A stretch of 64,000 nucleotides of DNA, taken from contig JAJEHN010000037.1 in assembly GCA_022823665.1 (NCBI GenBank), forward strand, positions 23,531 through 87,530. Direction: 5' to 3'. Of this stretch, positions 1 to 9,932 are shown piece after piece (positions within the stretch are counted from its first letter, which is position 1; each line of letters opens with the position of its first letter). Below the pieces are notes generated by a model. That model saw nothing but the letters and a program-made list of their open reading frames with translations. It ran no database searches and was not told the origin of the DNA. This DNA is from Thermoanaerobaculia bacterium (GTDB lineage: Bacteria > Acidobacteriota > Thermoanaerobaculia > Multivoradales > Multivoraceae). Both the position numbers and the translations under genes were made by a program.

Positions 1-1
1 C

Positions 2-565
2 GCCAGCCTGGCGCACCTGGCGTCCATGCTGTCGATCATCGGGATGTTCCTCTACGGGTACGCCGCGTCCACATGGCTCCGCTTGGCCGAGCAGGGGCCC
101 GGCGGTACGTGTCTGCGGCTGGGGGCCTACGTGAGCATGTTCGGATGGGCGCTCTACGTCGTCGCGATGGGCATGAGGCACTTCAGCGTCCACCTGATGC
201 AGCGCGGCATGGAGTCCGGCGACGATCAGGCGATGTTCGAGTCCCTCGCCGTGGGCACGTACGTCTCGATGGCCGGCATCGTCATCGCGCTGGTTTCCGT
301 CTATCCGATCGGATCCGTCCTGGTCGGCCTCGGCCTTGCCGCCCGCTTCGATTCGATGAGCATCTTCAAGCTGGCCTCCTGGGGATTCGTCCTGGTAGGG
401 GCCGGGGGAGCGGTCAACTTCCTGGTCCTGCAGCACGTTCCGGGGATCGAGGCCGCTGTGCTCCTGTTGAACGACAACGGTATGCTGGCGTTGGGTTCGC
501 TCCTCTTCGCCATCATCGGGGTGGGCATGTACCGGGGCAGAAGCGAACTCACGTCGGAGGCCTGA
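2..565 (+). CDS. Integral membrane protein, 5'-partial (frame open to window edge)
   Basis: Several hydrophobic helices; frame is open upstream of ATG 26; family not recognised. Confidence 0.65.
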   Translation, partial: ASLAHLASMLSIIGMFLYGYAASTWLRLAEQGPGGTCLRLGAYVSMFGWALYVVAMGMRHFSVHLMQRGMESGDDQAMFESLAVGTYVSMAGIVIALVSVYPIGSVLVGLGLAARFDSMSIFKLASWGFVLVGAGGAVNFLVLQHVPGIEAAVLLLNDNGMLALGSLLFAIIGVGMYRGRSELTSEA

Positions 566-587
566 GAGCCAGCGCAGCGGAAGCTGC

Positions 588-616
588 TTGACAGTCCGCA
601 CCTTCCGGTGCAGTAT
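588..616 (+). promoter_or_regulatory. Sigma70-type promoter for leader plus aro-his-trp operon
   Basis: TTGACA 588-593, 17-nt spacer, TG-CAGTAT 609-616. Confidence 0.6.
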
Positions 617-661
617 CCGGCGTCCTGGAGCCATTCCGGCCCGTTCCACCCGCACCGTGTC

Positions 662-766
662 ATGAACTCACCGGCCAGCACTTCCGCGTTCGTCGCTGCC
701 TCCGTCGCTCCGGCGACCGGGGTCGTGGCGACGTCCTGGTGGGCTCACGGTCACGGCAAGGGCTGA
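662..766 (+). CDS. Putative attenuator leader peptide, 34 aa MNSPASTSAFVAASVAPATGVVATSWWAHGHGKG
   Basis: Read by hand (below the ORF track cutoff); TGG TGG at 737-742, CAC at 746-748 and 752-754; lies between promoter and first operon gene. Confidence 0.8.
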   Translation: MNSPASTSAFVAASVAPATGVVATSWWAHGHGKG

Positions 767-807
767 ACCCGGGCCAGGTCCCGGTACGCACGGTCCGGGA
801 CGAGGGT
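767..807 (+). promoter_or_regulatory. Leader RNA hairpin (candidate alternative attenuator structure)
   Basis: GTCCCGG 778-784 pairs with CCGGGAC 795-801; ACCC 767-770 can pair with GGGT 804-807. Confidence 0.5.
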
Positions 808-813
808 AAGCAA

Positions 814-845
814 GAAGACCTCCTTCCGGATCGAAGGAGGTCTTC
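814..845 (+). promoter_or_regulatory. Perfect 13-bp hairpin sequestering the SD of aroDE
   Basis: GAAGACCTCCTTC-cggatc-GAAGGAGGTCTTC; 3' arm contains AAGGAGG 834-840, 10 nt before TTG 851; no U-tract. Confidence 0.8.
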
Positions 846-850
846 CCGCT

Positions 851-2440
851 TTGAACCCGACAACTGACGAACCCCGAACCGCCACCCTGGTGGCGTCGCT
901 GACCGAGGCGCCCAGCGCGTCCGGCGACGAGGTGCGCGCGCTCTCCGAGCAGGCGGACTGTCTGGAGGTGCGTGCGGATCTGGTCGGCGATGTCGGCGTC
1001 GAGTGGCTGCGGGAACGCTTCGCGGGCGAGCTCCTCTATACGCTGCGAAGCGAAGCGGAAGGCGGCCGGGGCACGGTCGAGCCGGAGCGGCGGGCGGCGC
1101 TGCTCTCCGCGGCGCAGGGATACGACCTGGTCGACATCGAGGCGGACCGCGATCTCGGCAGGACCGTCCTGGAAGCCGTCGAGCCCCGGCGTCGTGTCGT
1201 GTCGTGGCACGGCCGGGCGCGGAGCCTGAGGGTTCTGCGTGGCCGCCTGAGACAGGTTTCCGGGGTCGAGGCGCGGCTCTGCAAGCTCGTGACCGCCGCG
1301 GAGAACTCCGGCGACGAACTCGTGCCGCTCGAACTGCTGCTCGGCGCGCGTCGGAACGACCTCGCCGCCTTCTCCATGGGCGCTGTCGGCGCCTGGACCC
1401 GGCTGGTTGCGCCGCGTCTCGGCGCGCCGTGGATCTACGGCGCCGCCGGGCCGATGGCCGCCGCGCCCGGCCAACCGTCCATTGAACGGTTGCGGGCGGA
1501 CTACGGTTTACCGAACCTCCGCCGGGCATCGCGGCTCTTCGGCGTCGTCGGCCACCCGGCGGCGCACAGCCTGTCGCCCAGGCTCCACAACGCCGGTTAC
1601 CGCGACCGGGGCGAGGAGGCCCTCTACGTCGCCTTCGATGCGCCGGACTTCGAGGTCTTCTGGCGCGAGGTCGCGCTCTCCGACTTCTTCGACCGGGCGG
1701 GCCTGCCGCTGTGCGGCCTGAGTGTGACCGCGCCGCACAAGGCGGCGGCGCTCGCGGCGGCCTCCGAGGCGGGGGAGCTGGCGCGCGGGACTCAGGGCGC
1801 GAACACCCTGTTGCCGGAAGGTAGTGGCGCCGGAGCCCGGCGCAGGAAGGTCGCCGCTTCGCGGCGCGACTTCTTGGCCGCCTCCGGCGGCAGCGGGTCA
1901 GAAGACCCGCGCACCCGGTGGCGGGCAGAGAGTACGGACCCGGAAGGGGTCGTGGGCCCTTTTCGCCGTCGCGGCATCGATCTGGCGGGCCGCGCGGCCG
2001 TCGTGATCGGCGCCGGCGGGGCGGGGCGAGCCGCCGCCGCCGGTCTCGCTGCTGCCGGCGCCGAGGTGGCGCTCGCCAACCGCACGAGGCCGAGCGGGCG
2101 CGAGGCTGCCGAGTCGCTCGGCGTCGCCTTCGTGCCGCTCGAAGAGCTGGAACCCGGCGAATTCGACGTCGTGGTCAACGCGACGTCTCTCGGTCACCGG
2201 GCCGACGATCCGCTGCCCTGCGACCCGGCGGCGCTTCGGGCCTCGGCTGCCGCGGTCGAGCTGGTCTACGGCGGCGGTCCGACGCCCTGGAGCCGAACGC
2301 TCGCGGCGAGGGGCCTCGTGGTCATCGGCGGCCGGGAGGTGCTCCTGCATCAGGGGCTCTCGCAGTTCGAGGCGATGACCGGGAAGGTCCTGCCCTTCGA
2401 AGTCGGCGCCGCGGCCCTGGGTCTGGGGGCGCAGCCATGA
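851..2440 (+). CDS. aroDE: Bifunctional type I 3-dehydroquinate dehydratase / shikimate dehydrogenase
   Basis: N-half CLEVRAD and VVSWH (AroD); C-half GHPAAHSLSPRLHN, SVTAPHK, GANT, GAGGAGRA (AroE); TTG start inferred from the SD. Confidence 0.9.
   Translation: MNPTTDEPRTATLVASLTEAPSASGDEVRALSEQADCLEVRADLVGDVGVEWLRERFAGELLYTLRSEAEGGRGTVEPERRAALLSAAQGYDLVDIEADRDLGRTVLEAVEPRRRVVSWHGRARSLRVLRGRLRQVSGVEARLCKLVTAAENSGDELVPLELLLGARRNDLAAFSMGAVGAWTRLVAPRLGAPWIYGAAGPMAAAPGQPSIERLRADYGLPNLRRASRLFGVVGHPAAHSLSPRLHNAGYRDRGEEALYVAFDAPDFEVFWREVALSDFFDRAGLPLCGLSVTAPHKAAALAAASEAGELARGTQGANTLLPEGSGAGARRRKVAASRRDFLAASGGSGSEDPRTRWRAESTDPEGVVGPFRRRGIDLAGRAAVVIGAGGAGRAAAAGLAAAGAEVALANRTRPSGREAAESLGVAFVPLEELEPGEFDVVVNATSLGHRADDPLPCDPAALRASAAAVELVYGGGPTPWSRTLAARGLVVIGGREVLLHQGLSQFEAMTGKVLPFEVGAAALGLGAQP
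1821..1920 (-). repeat. Multi-hairpin REP-like cassette in-frame within aroE
   Basis: Hairpins 1827-1843, about 1850-1870 (imperfect), 1877-1891 and 1893-1910; 1877-1920 is 40/44 identical to the reverse complement of 30828-30871. Confidence 0.85.
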
Positions 2441-3441
2441 AGATCTCCGCCGGCCTGCCGACGGGGGTGTCGGCTGCCCTGTTCGACAGCGCGAAGCGGC
2501 GCCGCCGGCTCGAGGCGCGCCTTTCCGCGCTGCTCGAGGAGCGCGGTTTCGCCGAGGTCCTGCTGCCCATTCTCGACTACTTCGAGCCTTACCGGCCGCT
2601 GCTGACCGGTCGGCGGCTGGAGCAGCTCTACCGCTTCGTGGACCGGGACGGTCAACTGCTCGTTCTCCGGGGCGACTTCACGCCGATGCTGGCGCGGCTG
2701 CTCGCGCCGCACCTCGACGAGCTGGAACTGCCGCTGCGCCTCTACTACCGGGGCGATGTCGTGCGTCACCAGCCCTTGCGTCCCGGCCGGATGCGCGAGT
2801 ACTCCCAGTTGGGCGCGGAGCTTCTCGGCGGCGACGAGGCCGAAGCGGACGAGCGGATGTTGACCCTGTTCTTCGACCTGCTGCTCAAGGCGCGCGGCGA
2901 GGCTCCCGTACCCGGCGACGGCGAGGAGCACGCCCTGCGCGTCGTGCTCGGTGTGGCCGGAGCGCTCGACGAGGCCCTGCTGGCCGCTGCCGGCGATCGC
3001 GAAGCCTCCGACCTTGCGCTGCGCATCGCCAGCCGCGACCGGACCGCGGCGCGCCGGGCCGGTCTGGCCGAGGTCGTCGAGCGCGGCTACCCGACGGACC
3101 TCTCGGTACTGGGCGGCTTCGCCGAGGCAGTATCCGATCTCCTGGAGCTTCGCGACCGCCTGGCCGCGGCGTACCGGGGCCTGGGCATCGAGGTCGAGGT
3201 CGACCTCGCCGAGTTCGCCGCCGCCGCTCTCGACCCGCGCATCGGTGTCGGCGAGGGCCCACGCGGCTACTACGACGGCCTGATGTTCGCCGCCTACGCG
3301 CCCGGGACGGCCCTGGCCCTCGGCGTCGGCGGTCGCTACGACAAGGTGTTCCGGTCGCTCAGCGGCGATTGCTCCGCTGTCGGCTTCTCGCTCGGTCTCG
3401 ACCTGCTGCTGGAACTCGGCGCCGCGGAGGCGCTGCCATGA
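2437..3441 (+). CDS. hisZ: ATP phosphoribosyltransferase regulatory subunit
   Basis: LPTGV, YRFVDRDGQLLVLRGDFT, YYDGLMF, GGRYD, AVGFS; ATGA overlap with aroDE. Confidence 0.92.
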   Translation: MKISAGLPTGVSAALFDSAKRRRRLEARLSALLEERGFAEVLLPILDYFEPYRPLLTGRRLEQLYRFVDRDGQLLVLRGDFTPMLARLLAPHLDELELPLRLYYRGDVVRHQPLRPGRMREYSQLGAELLGGDEAEADERMLTLFFDLLLKARGEAPVPGDGEEHALRVVLGVAGALDEALLAAAGDREASDLALRIASRDRTAARRAGLAEVVERGYPTDLSVLGGFAEAVSDLLELRDRLAAAYRGLGIEVEVDLAEFAAAALDPRIGVGEGPRGYYDGLMFAAYAPGTALALGVGGRYDKVFRSLSGDCSAVGFSLGLDLLLELGAAEALP

Positions 3442-4076
3442 TCACCTTCGGCCTGCCCAAGGGGCGGAACCTGGGCCCTGCCCGCGCTTCCCTCGCGGCT
3501 GCGGGACTGAACCTCGACGGCCTCGATTCTTCGCGCCTGCGCCAGCGGTTCCCGGACCAGAACCTGCTGGGAACTCCGGTCGAGGTGCTGCTGCTCAAGG
3601 ACTGGGACCTGCCGCTCTACGTGGAGCACGGGATCGTCGACTGCGCGATCGTCGGCTCGGACGTGCTCGAGGAAACGCAGCCCGATGTCTTCCGGCCGCT
3701 ACAACTGAAAGACGGCCGGAGCCGCCTGTCCCTGATCGCCGAGACTCCGGATCTGCCGAAGCGGAGCGGCCAGCTCCGGGCGGCGACCCGCTACCCGGCC
3801 TGGGCGGCGCGGTTGCTTGCCAAGCGCAACCTCCACGTCGAGGTCATCCACCTGACCAGCTCGATCGAGCTTGGACCGCTGCTCGACCTGACCGATGTCG
3901 CGGTGGACATCGTGCAGACCGGCACGACGCTCCGCACGCACGACCTGCACGAGGTGGAGGTCCTGGCGCGGGTCGCGCCGACCTTCGTCGTCAACCGGGC
4001 GTCGTTTCACGCCCACCGGCGCCGGCTGAGCGGGTTGCTCGGCACACTCGAAGAGACGGAGACGGGCGGTGACTGA
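3438..4076 (+). CDS. hisG: ATP phosphoribosyltransferase, short form
   Basis: LPKGR, DLPLYVEHG, ATRYP, GSIELGP-like SSIELGP, DIVQTGTTL; 212 aa, no C-terminal regulatory domain, consistent with adjacent hisZ. Confidence 0.93.
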   Translation: MITFGLPKGRNLGPARASLAAAGLNLDGLDSSRLRQRFPDQNLLGTPVEVLLLKDWDLPLYVEHGIVDCAIVGSDVLEETQPDVFRPLQLKDGRSRLSLIAETPDLPKRSGQLRAATRYPAWAARLLAKRNLHVEVIHLTSSIELGPLLDLTDVAVDIVQTGTTLRTHDLHEVEVLARVAPTFVVNRASFHAHRRRLSGLLGTLEETETGGD

Positions 4077-5409
4077 GGCCGGCGGCAGTGCCCTTCGAGT
4101 TCTCGCCGCCGGGAGTTCCGCCGGGCGGGAACGTCTGGAACTCCTCGACCGGCGGGGCCGTGGCGGTGTCGCAGCGGAGATCCGCCGGACGGCGGCCGGG
4201 ATCGTGGATCGGGTGCGGGCCGGCGGCGACGCGGCCCTGCTGGAGGCGGTGCGCCGCTTCGACGGCTTCGAGGCGTCCTCGGCCGATGCGTTGCGACTGG
4301 CTCCCGGCCCGGAGCCGGACTCTCCCGCCGTCGACCCCCACGTGGCGGAGGCGATCGAACGCGCCCGGGACGCGATCGATGCGTATCACTCAGCCCTGCT
4401 GCGCGGGCCTGGAGTCGAGCGAGTCGACCGGGACGGCGTCCGGATCGAGGAGCGTCGCATCGCCGTTCGCCGGGTCGGCATCTACGTGCCGGGCGGCCGC
4501 TTCCCCTATCCGTCGACCGTGCTGATGACCGCGGTGCCGGCCCGGCTCGCCGGCGTGGAGGAGATCGTCGTCGCCACGCCGCCCCAGGCGTACCGGGACA
4601 GCCCGGTGCTGCGGCATGTTCTGGACCTGGTCGGCGTGGACGAAGTGTGGGGCATGGGCGGGGCCCACGCGGTCGCGGCGCTCGCCTACGGCACCGAGTC
4701 GATCCGACCCGTCGACCTGATCGCGGGGCCGGGCAACGCCTGGGTCGCGGCGGCCAAGCGGCACGTCGCCTCGGATGTCGGCGTCGACCGGGACGCCGGG
4801 CCGTCCGAGGTCGTCATCGTCGCGTCCGCCGGTGCTCCGGAGGAGTGCGTCGCCGCCGACCTGCTGGCGCAGGCGGAGCACGATCCGCTGGCGGTCGCGG
4901 TCCTCGTCACCGACAGCGGCGATCTGGCCGGTCGCGTCGCTGCGGAAGTCGACCGGCGGCTCGCGGAGCTGCCGACGGCGGAGACGGCGGCGGCAGCGCT
5001 GGAGCAGCACGGCGCGGCCTTCGTCGTCGCCGACCCGGACGAGGCGATCGCACTCGCCGAGCGCATCGCCCCGGAGCACCTGCAGTTGATGGGCGAGGCG
5101 GCCGAGGGACGGGCCGGCGAGTGCCGCAACGCCGGCGCGGTGTTCGTCGGCGCGTCGTCGCCGGTCGTGTTCGGGGACTACGTCGCCGGCCCCAGCCATG
5201 TTCTTCCCACCGGGGGCAGCGCGCGCTTCGCCTCCGGCCTCGGCACGGACGACTTCCTGCGGCGCAGCCACACCGTCCGCTTCTCTGCCGAGGCCGCCGC
5301 GGCCTGGGCTGGTGCCGCCGAGACGCTGGCGACCACGGAAGGCCTGGCGGCCCACGCCGCGGCGGCGAAGCTGCGCCGCGGGTCCGAAGACCGGGAGACC
5401 GTGCCGTGA
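4069..5409 (+). CDS. hisD: Histidinol dehydrogenase
   Basis: GIYVPGG, YPSTVLM, GPGNAWV, AGPSEV, LAQAEHD, APEHL, GDYVAGPSHVLPT. Confidence 0.96.
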   Translation: MTEAGGSALRVLAAGSSAGRERLELLDRRGRGGVAAEIRRTAAGIVDRVRAGGDAALLEAVRRFDGFEASSADALRLAPGPEPDSPAVDPHVAEAIERARDAIDAYHSALLRGPGVERVDRDGVRIEERRIAVRRVGIYVPGGRFPYPSTVLMTAVPARLAGVEEIVVATPPQAYRDSPVLRHVLDLVGVDEVWGMGGAHAVAALAYGTESIRPVDLIAGPGNAWVAAAKRHVASDVGVDRDAGPSEVVIVASAGAPEECVAADLLAQAEHDPLAVAVLVTDSGDLAGRVAAEVDRRLAELPTAETAAAALEQHGAAFVVADPDEAIALAERIAPEHLQLMGEAAEGRAGECRNAGAVFVGASSPVVFGDYVAGPSHVLPTGGSARFASGLGTDDFLRRSHTVRFSAEAAAAWAGAAETLATTEGLAAHAAAAKLRRGSEDRETVP

Positions 5410-6500
5410 GCGGCCGCGCCGAGCGAGCGGCGGCCCTCGTGCGGCCGGAGGTGCGCGAGCTCTCGCTCTACTCGCTGCACAAGGTAGATGCCCGCTTCAA
5501 GCTCGATCAGAACGAGGCGCCCTGGGACCTGCCCCGGTCGCTCAAGCGAGAGGCGCTGGCCCGGTTGGCCGATCTCACCTGGTCGGAGTACCCCGACTTC
5601 CACACCGACCGGCTGCGCCGGCTGATCGCCGAACACCACGACTGGCCGATGGACGGCGTCCTGGTGAGCAACGGTTCCAGCGAACTGCTGACCACCGTGC
5701 TGGAGGCGGTCGTCCGGCCGGGCCAGGAAGTGCTCATCTGCGATCCGAGCTTCAGTCCGTACCGCATGTTCGTGGCCCGTGCCGCCGGCGTGCCGCTCCA
5801 TCTTCCTCCCCTTCCCGGCCTGCGGCTCCAGACGGATGAACTTCTGGCCGAGATCGAACGCGACCCGCGGCGGCCGGCGATCCTCTGTACGCCGAACAAC
5901 CCCACCGGCGCGGCGGCCGATCCCGCGACGGTGGAGCGCGTCGCCGCTTCGCTCGACGCGGCACTCCTGCTGGACAATGCCTATGGCGAGTTCTGCCGCC
6001 ACGACTACCGGCCGCTCGCGCGTGCGAATCCGAACGTCATCCTGTTCCGGACCCTGTCCAAGGCCTGGTCCCTCGGCGGCGTCCGCCTCGGCTACCTGCT
6101 CGCGGCGCCGGAGCTCGTGGCCCAGTTGATCAAGGTCAAGCTGGTCTACAACGTCGGCCACGCGGCGGCCACCATCGGCGAGGTGGTAGTGGAACATGCC
6201 GACCGTTTCCCGCGTCGCGTCGCGGTCGTCAGGGGGCGGCGGGAGCAGTGGGCATCCATGCTCCGGGAGTTCGGTTTCGAGGTCTTCGACTCGGAAGCGA
6301 ACTTCCTGCTCGCTCGCCACCCCCGCTGCAGCGAGATCCGCGACGGTCTGGCGGCGGCCGGCGTGCTGGTCCGGGACGTGAGCCGCTACCCGGGCCTCAG
6401 GAACTGCATGCGGATCGGGATCGGCTCCGGGCCGGCCCTGCGCACGACCCGGCAGGCTCTGGCCGGGATGCTGGCGTCAACCTCTGGAGGCAGGTCATGA
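5406..6500 (+). CDS. hisC: Histidinol-phosphate aminotransferase
   Basis: LDQNEAP, PNNPTG, DNAYGEF, RTLSKAWSLGGVRLGY; GTG start inferred from GTGA overlap. Confidence 0.93.
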   Translation: MSGRAERAAALVRPEVRELSLYSLHKVDARFKLDQNEAPWDLPRSLKREALARLADLTWSEYPDFHTDRLRRLIAEHHDWPMDGVLVSNGSSELLTTVLEAVVRPGQEVLICDPSFSPYRMFVARAAGVPLHLPPLPGLRLQTDELLAEIERDPRRPAILCTPNNPTGAAADPATVERVAASLDAALLLDNAYGEFCRHDYRPLARANPNVILFRTLSKAWSLGGVRLGYLLAAPELVAQLIKVKLVYNVGHAAATIGEVVVEHADRFPRRVAVVRGRREQWASMLREFGFEVFDSEANFLLARHPRCSEIRDGLAAAGVLVRDVSRYPGLRNCMRIGIGSGPALRTTRQALAGMLASTSGGRS

Positions 6501-7096
6501 GAACAGCGTCGATCGAACGGAAGACGTCCGAAACGGAGATTCGCGCCGACCTGTCGCTCGACGGCGGCGAGCGCCGGATCGACACGCCGAACGGTTTCTT
6601 CAGCCACATGCTGGACGCGCTGACCCGCCACGGCGGCCTGGGGCTCGACCTCGTGGCCCGCGGGGACACGGACATCGACCTCCACCACACGGTGGAGGAC
6701 ACCGGGATCGTGCTCGGCGACGCGCTCCGGGAAACGCTCGGCGACCGTGCCGGGGTGCGCCGCTTCGCACACGCCTTCGCGCCGCTCGACGAGGCTCTGG
6801 CCCGCGCCGTGGTCGACCTCTCGGGCCGTGGCTCCTTCCACTTCCGGCTGCCGGCGGAACTGGAGCAGGCGTGGGTGACGACCGAGTTCCCGCTCACTCT
6901 GGTCGGCGACTTCTTCGGCGCCCTGGCCGATCGCGGCCGGTTGACCCTCCACCTGGACGTGCTCTGCGGCCGCAACCCGCACCATGTGGCCGAGGCCGCC
7001 TTCAAGGCGGTGGCCCTTGCCTTGCGGGACGCGGTGTCGCTCCGGGCCGGAGCGGCCGCCGATGTGCCGAGCACGAAGGGGAGCCTTACCGCATGA
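6497..7096 (+). CDS. hisB: Imidazoleglycerol-phosphate dehydratase (monofunctional)
   Basis: RKTSETEI, FFSHML, HHTVEDTG, PLDEAL, NPHHVAEAAFKA. Confidence 0.96.
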   Translation: MRTASIERKTSETEIRADLSLDGGERRIDTPNGFFSHMLDALTRHGGLGLDLVARGDTDIDLHHTVEDTGIVLGDALRETLGDRAGVRRFAHAFAPLDEALARAVVDLSGRGSFHFRLPAELEQAWVTTEFPLTLVGDFFGALADRGRLTLHLDVLCGRNPHHVAEAAFKAVALALRDAVSLRAGAAADVPSTKGSLTA

Positions 7097-7761
7097 ACGG
7101 CGCCGTGACAGCGACCGTGATCGACGCCGGGGTCGGCAACATCGGGAACCTGGTGCGGGCGCTACGGCACCTGGGCGCCGAGGTCGAGATCACCTGCGAC
7201 CCGGCGACGATTCGCGCTTCCCGCTGCCTGGTGCTGCCGGGGGTCGGCGCCTTCCGGCCGCCGCGGGAGGTTCTGCGCGGCGCGCCCGAGGAGGCCATTC
7301 GCTCCGCTGTCGACGCCGGCGCCACCCTGCTCGGCATCTGCATCGGCTACCAGCTCCTGTTCGACAGCAGCGAGGAGTTCGGGACGACGGACGGCCTCGG
7401 CCTGCTCGGCGGGCGGGTCACCGAGCTGCCCGGCGGCGTGCCCTTGCCGCACATCGGCTGGAACCGCGTCTTCGCGGTCGCGGACCACCCGCTGATGGCA
7501 GGCGCGACCAACGACGACCACTACTACTTCGTCCACTCCTTCGCGCCCCAGGACGTGCCGGAGGAGTGGGTGCTCGGGCGCTGCCGGCACGGCCGCAGTT
7601 TCCCGGCGATCACCGGTCGCGGTCGGATCGCCGGCACCCAGTTCCACCCCGAGAAGAGCGGCGCCGCGGGTCTCCGGTTGTTGAGCAACTACCTGGCCTG
7701 GGCCGGCGACCTGGCCGCTGAGGCCGTTGGAGGAGACAGTGCAACTGCTGCCGGCCATTGA
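7093..7761 (+). CDS. hisH: Imidazole glycerol phosphate synthase glutaminase subunit
   Basis: GNIGN, LPGVGAF, GICIG, PHIGWN, YFVHSF, QFHPEKSG. Confidence 0.95.
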   Translation: MNGAVTATVIDAGVGNIGNLVRALRHLGAEVEITCDPATIRASRCLVLPGVGAFRPPREVLRGAPEEAIRSAVDAGATLLGICIGYQLLFDSSEEFGTTDGLGLLGGRVTELPGGVPLPHIGWNRVFAVADHPLMAGATNDDHYYFVHSFAPQDVPEEWVLGRCRHGRSFPAITGRGRIAGTQFHPEKSGAAGLRLLSNYLAWAGDLAAEAVGGDSATAAGH

Positions 7762-8469
7762 TCTGCGAGGCGGCCAGGTCGTGCGCCTCGAGCGCGGCGA
7801 CGACCGGCGGCGCACCGTCTACGATGCCGATCCGTCGGCCGCACTCAGCCGCTACCGCGAGGCCGGAGTCGGCCGCATCCACGTCGTCGACCTGGACGCG
7901 GCGTTCGGCGGCGCGCCGCAGCGCGGCGTCGTCCAGGCACTGGCGCGGCAGGCACGGGACGCGCCGAACGGCGGCATCCAGCTCGGCGGCGGCCTGCGCG
8001 ACCGCGAGGCGGTTGAATGGGCGTTCGCTGCCGGCTGCGAGCGGGCCGTCGTGACCTCGCTCATCGTCCGCGACTTCGACGTCTTCGCCGACCTTTGCCG
8101 CCGGTACCCGGGCCGCATGGTGGCGGCGCTCGACATCGACGGCGGTGAGGTCCGGCTCGCGGGCTGGACCGAGTCGGCCGATCGCTCGCCGGCCGCCCTC
8201 TGCGCCGAACTCGCGGGTCTGCCCGTGGCCGCGATCCTGGTGACCGACATCTCGCGCGACGGGATGATGCAGGGCCCGAACATCGACCTCGCCTGCCGGA
8301 TCGGCGACCTGGCCGGCGCGCCGGCGATCCTCTCGGGCGGTGTGCGCTCGGCGGCGGATCTGGAAGCCGCGGCGCGGCGGCCGGAGATCGAAGCCGCCAT
8401 CGTCGGCCGGGCGCTCTACGACGGTTCGCTCGGCCTGGACGAGGCGATCGCCGCCTGCGGGAGCGCTTC

Positions 8470-8473
<4 letters not shown>
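7739..8473 (+). CDS. hisA: Phosphoribosylformimino-5-aminoimidazole carboxamide ribotide isomerase
   Basis: [37 protein letters not shown]; GTG 7739 preferred over TTG 7727 because GGAGGA lies at 7729-7734. Confidence 0.93.
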
Positions 8474-9275
<802 letters not shown>

Positions 9276-9279
<4 letters not shown>

Positions 9280-9932
9280 CCCAGACAACGACGATCGACC
9301 CGGCCGCCCTCTCCTACGACGACCGGGGCCTGCTGCCCGTCGTCGTCCAGGACGTGCTCTCGGGCGCGGTGCTGATGCTCGCCTACGCCAACCGGGAGGC
9401 GGTGGAGCTGACCCTCTCGACGGGCCAGGCTCACTTCTTCAGCCGTTCGCGCCAGGAGCTCTGGCGCAAGGGCGCGACCTCCGGCAACACCCTCGCGGTC
9501 GTCGAGGTGCTCCAGGACTGCGACCACGACGCCCTGCTGGTGCGGGCGCTGCCGGCCGGGCCGGCCTGCCACCTCTACACGCGGAGCTGCTTCGAGCCGA
9601 ACGTGGCCGAGTTCGAGCTCGGCTGGCTCCGGCGGGTGCTCGCCGAGCGGGCGGAAGCACAGCCGGAGGAGAGCTACACCGCGCGCCTGCTCGAACAGGG
9701 CGTGGACCGCATCGCCCGCAAGGTCGCGGAGGAAGCGGGGGAGACGGTGATTGCCGGCGTCCGCGCGGACGCGGAACCGAAGTCCGCCGAGCGTCGCGGC
9801 GACCTCGCGGCTGAAGCCGCCGACCTCGTCTACCACCTGCTCGTCCTGCTGCAAGCAACCGGCGTCGAACTTGCCGACGTGGCCGCTGAACTGGGCCGCC
9901 GGCACCAGGACTCCGGGAAGTCGCCGTCATGA
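9276..9932 (+). CDS. hisIE: Phosphoribosyl-AMP cyclohydrolase / phosphoribosyl-ATP pyrophosphatase
   Basis: [28 protein letters not shown]; [25 protein letters not shown]. Confidence 0.95.

Noticed and set aside
814-850. Hairpin as a classical Rho-independent terminator
   Set aside because: Followed by CCGCTTTG, not a U-tract; its 3' arm is the SD, so RBS sequestration fits better
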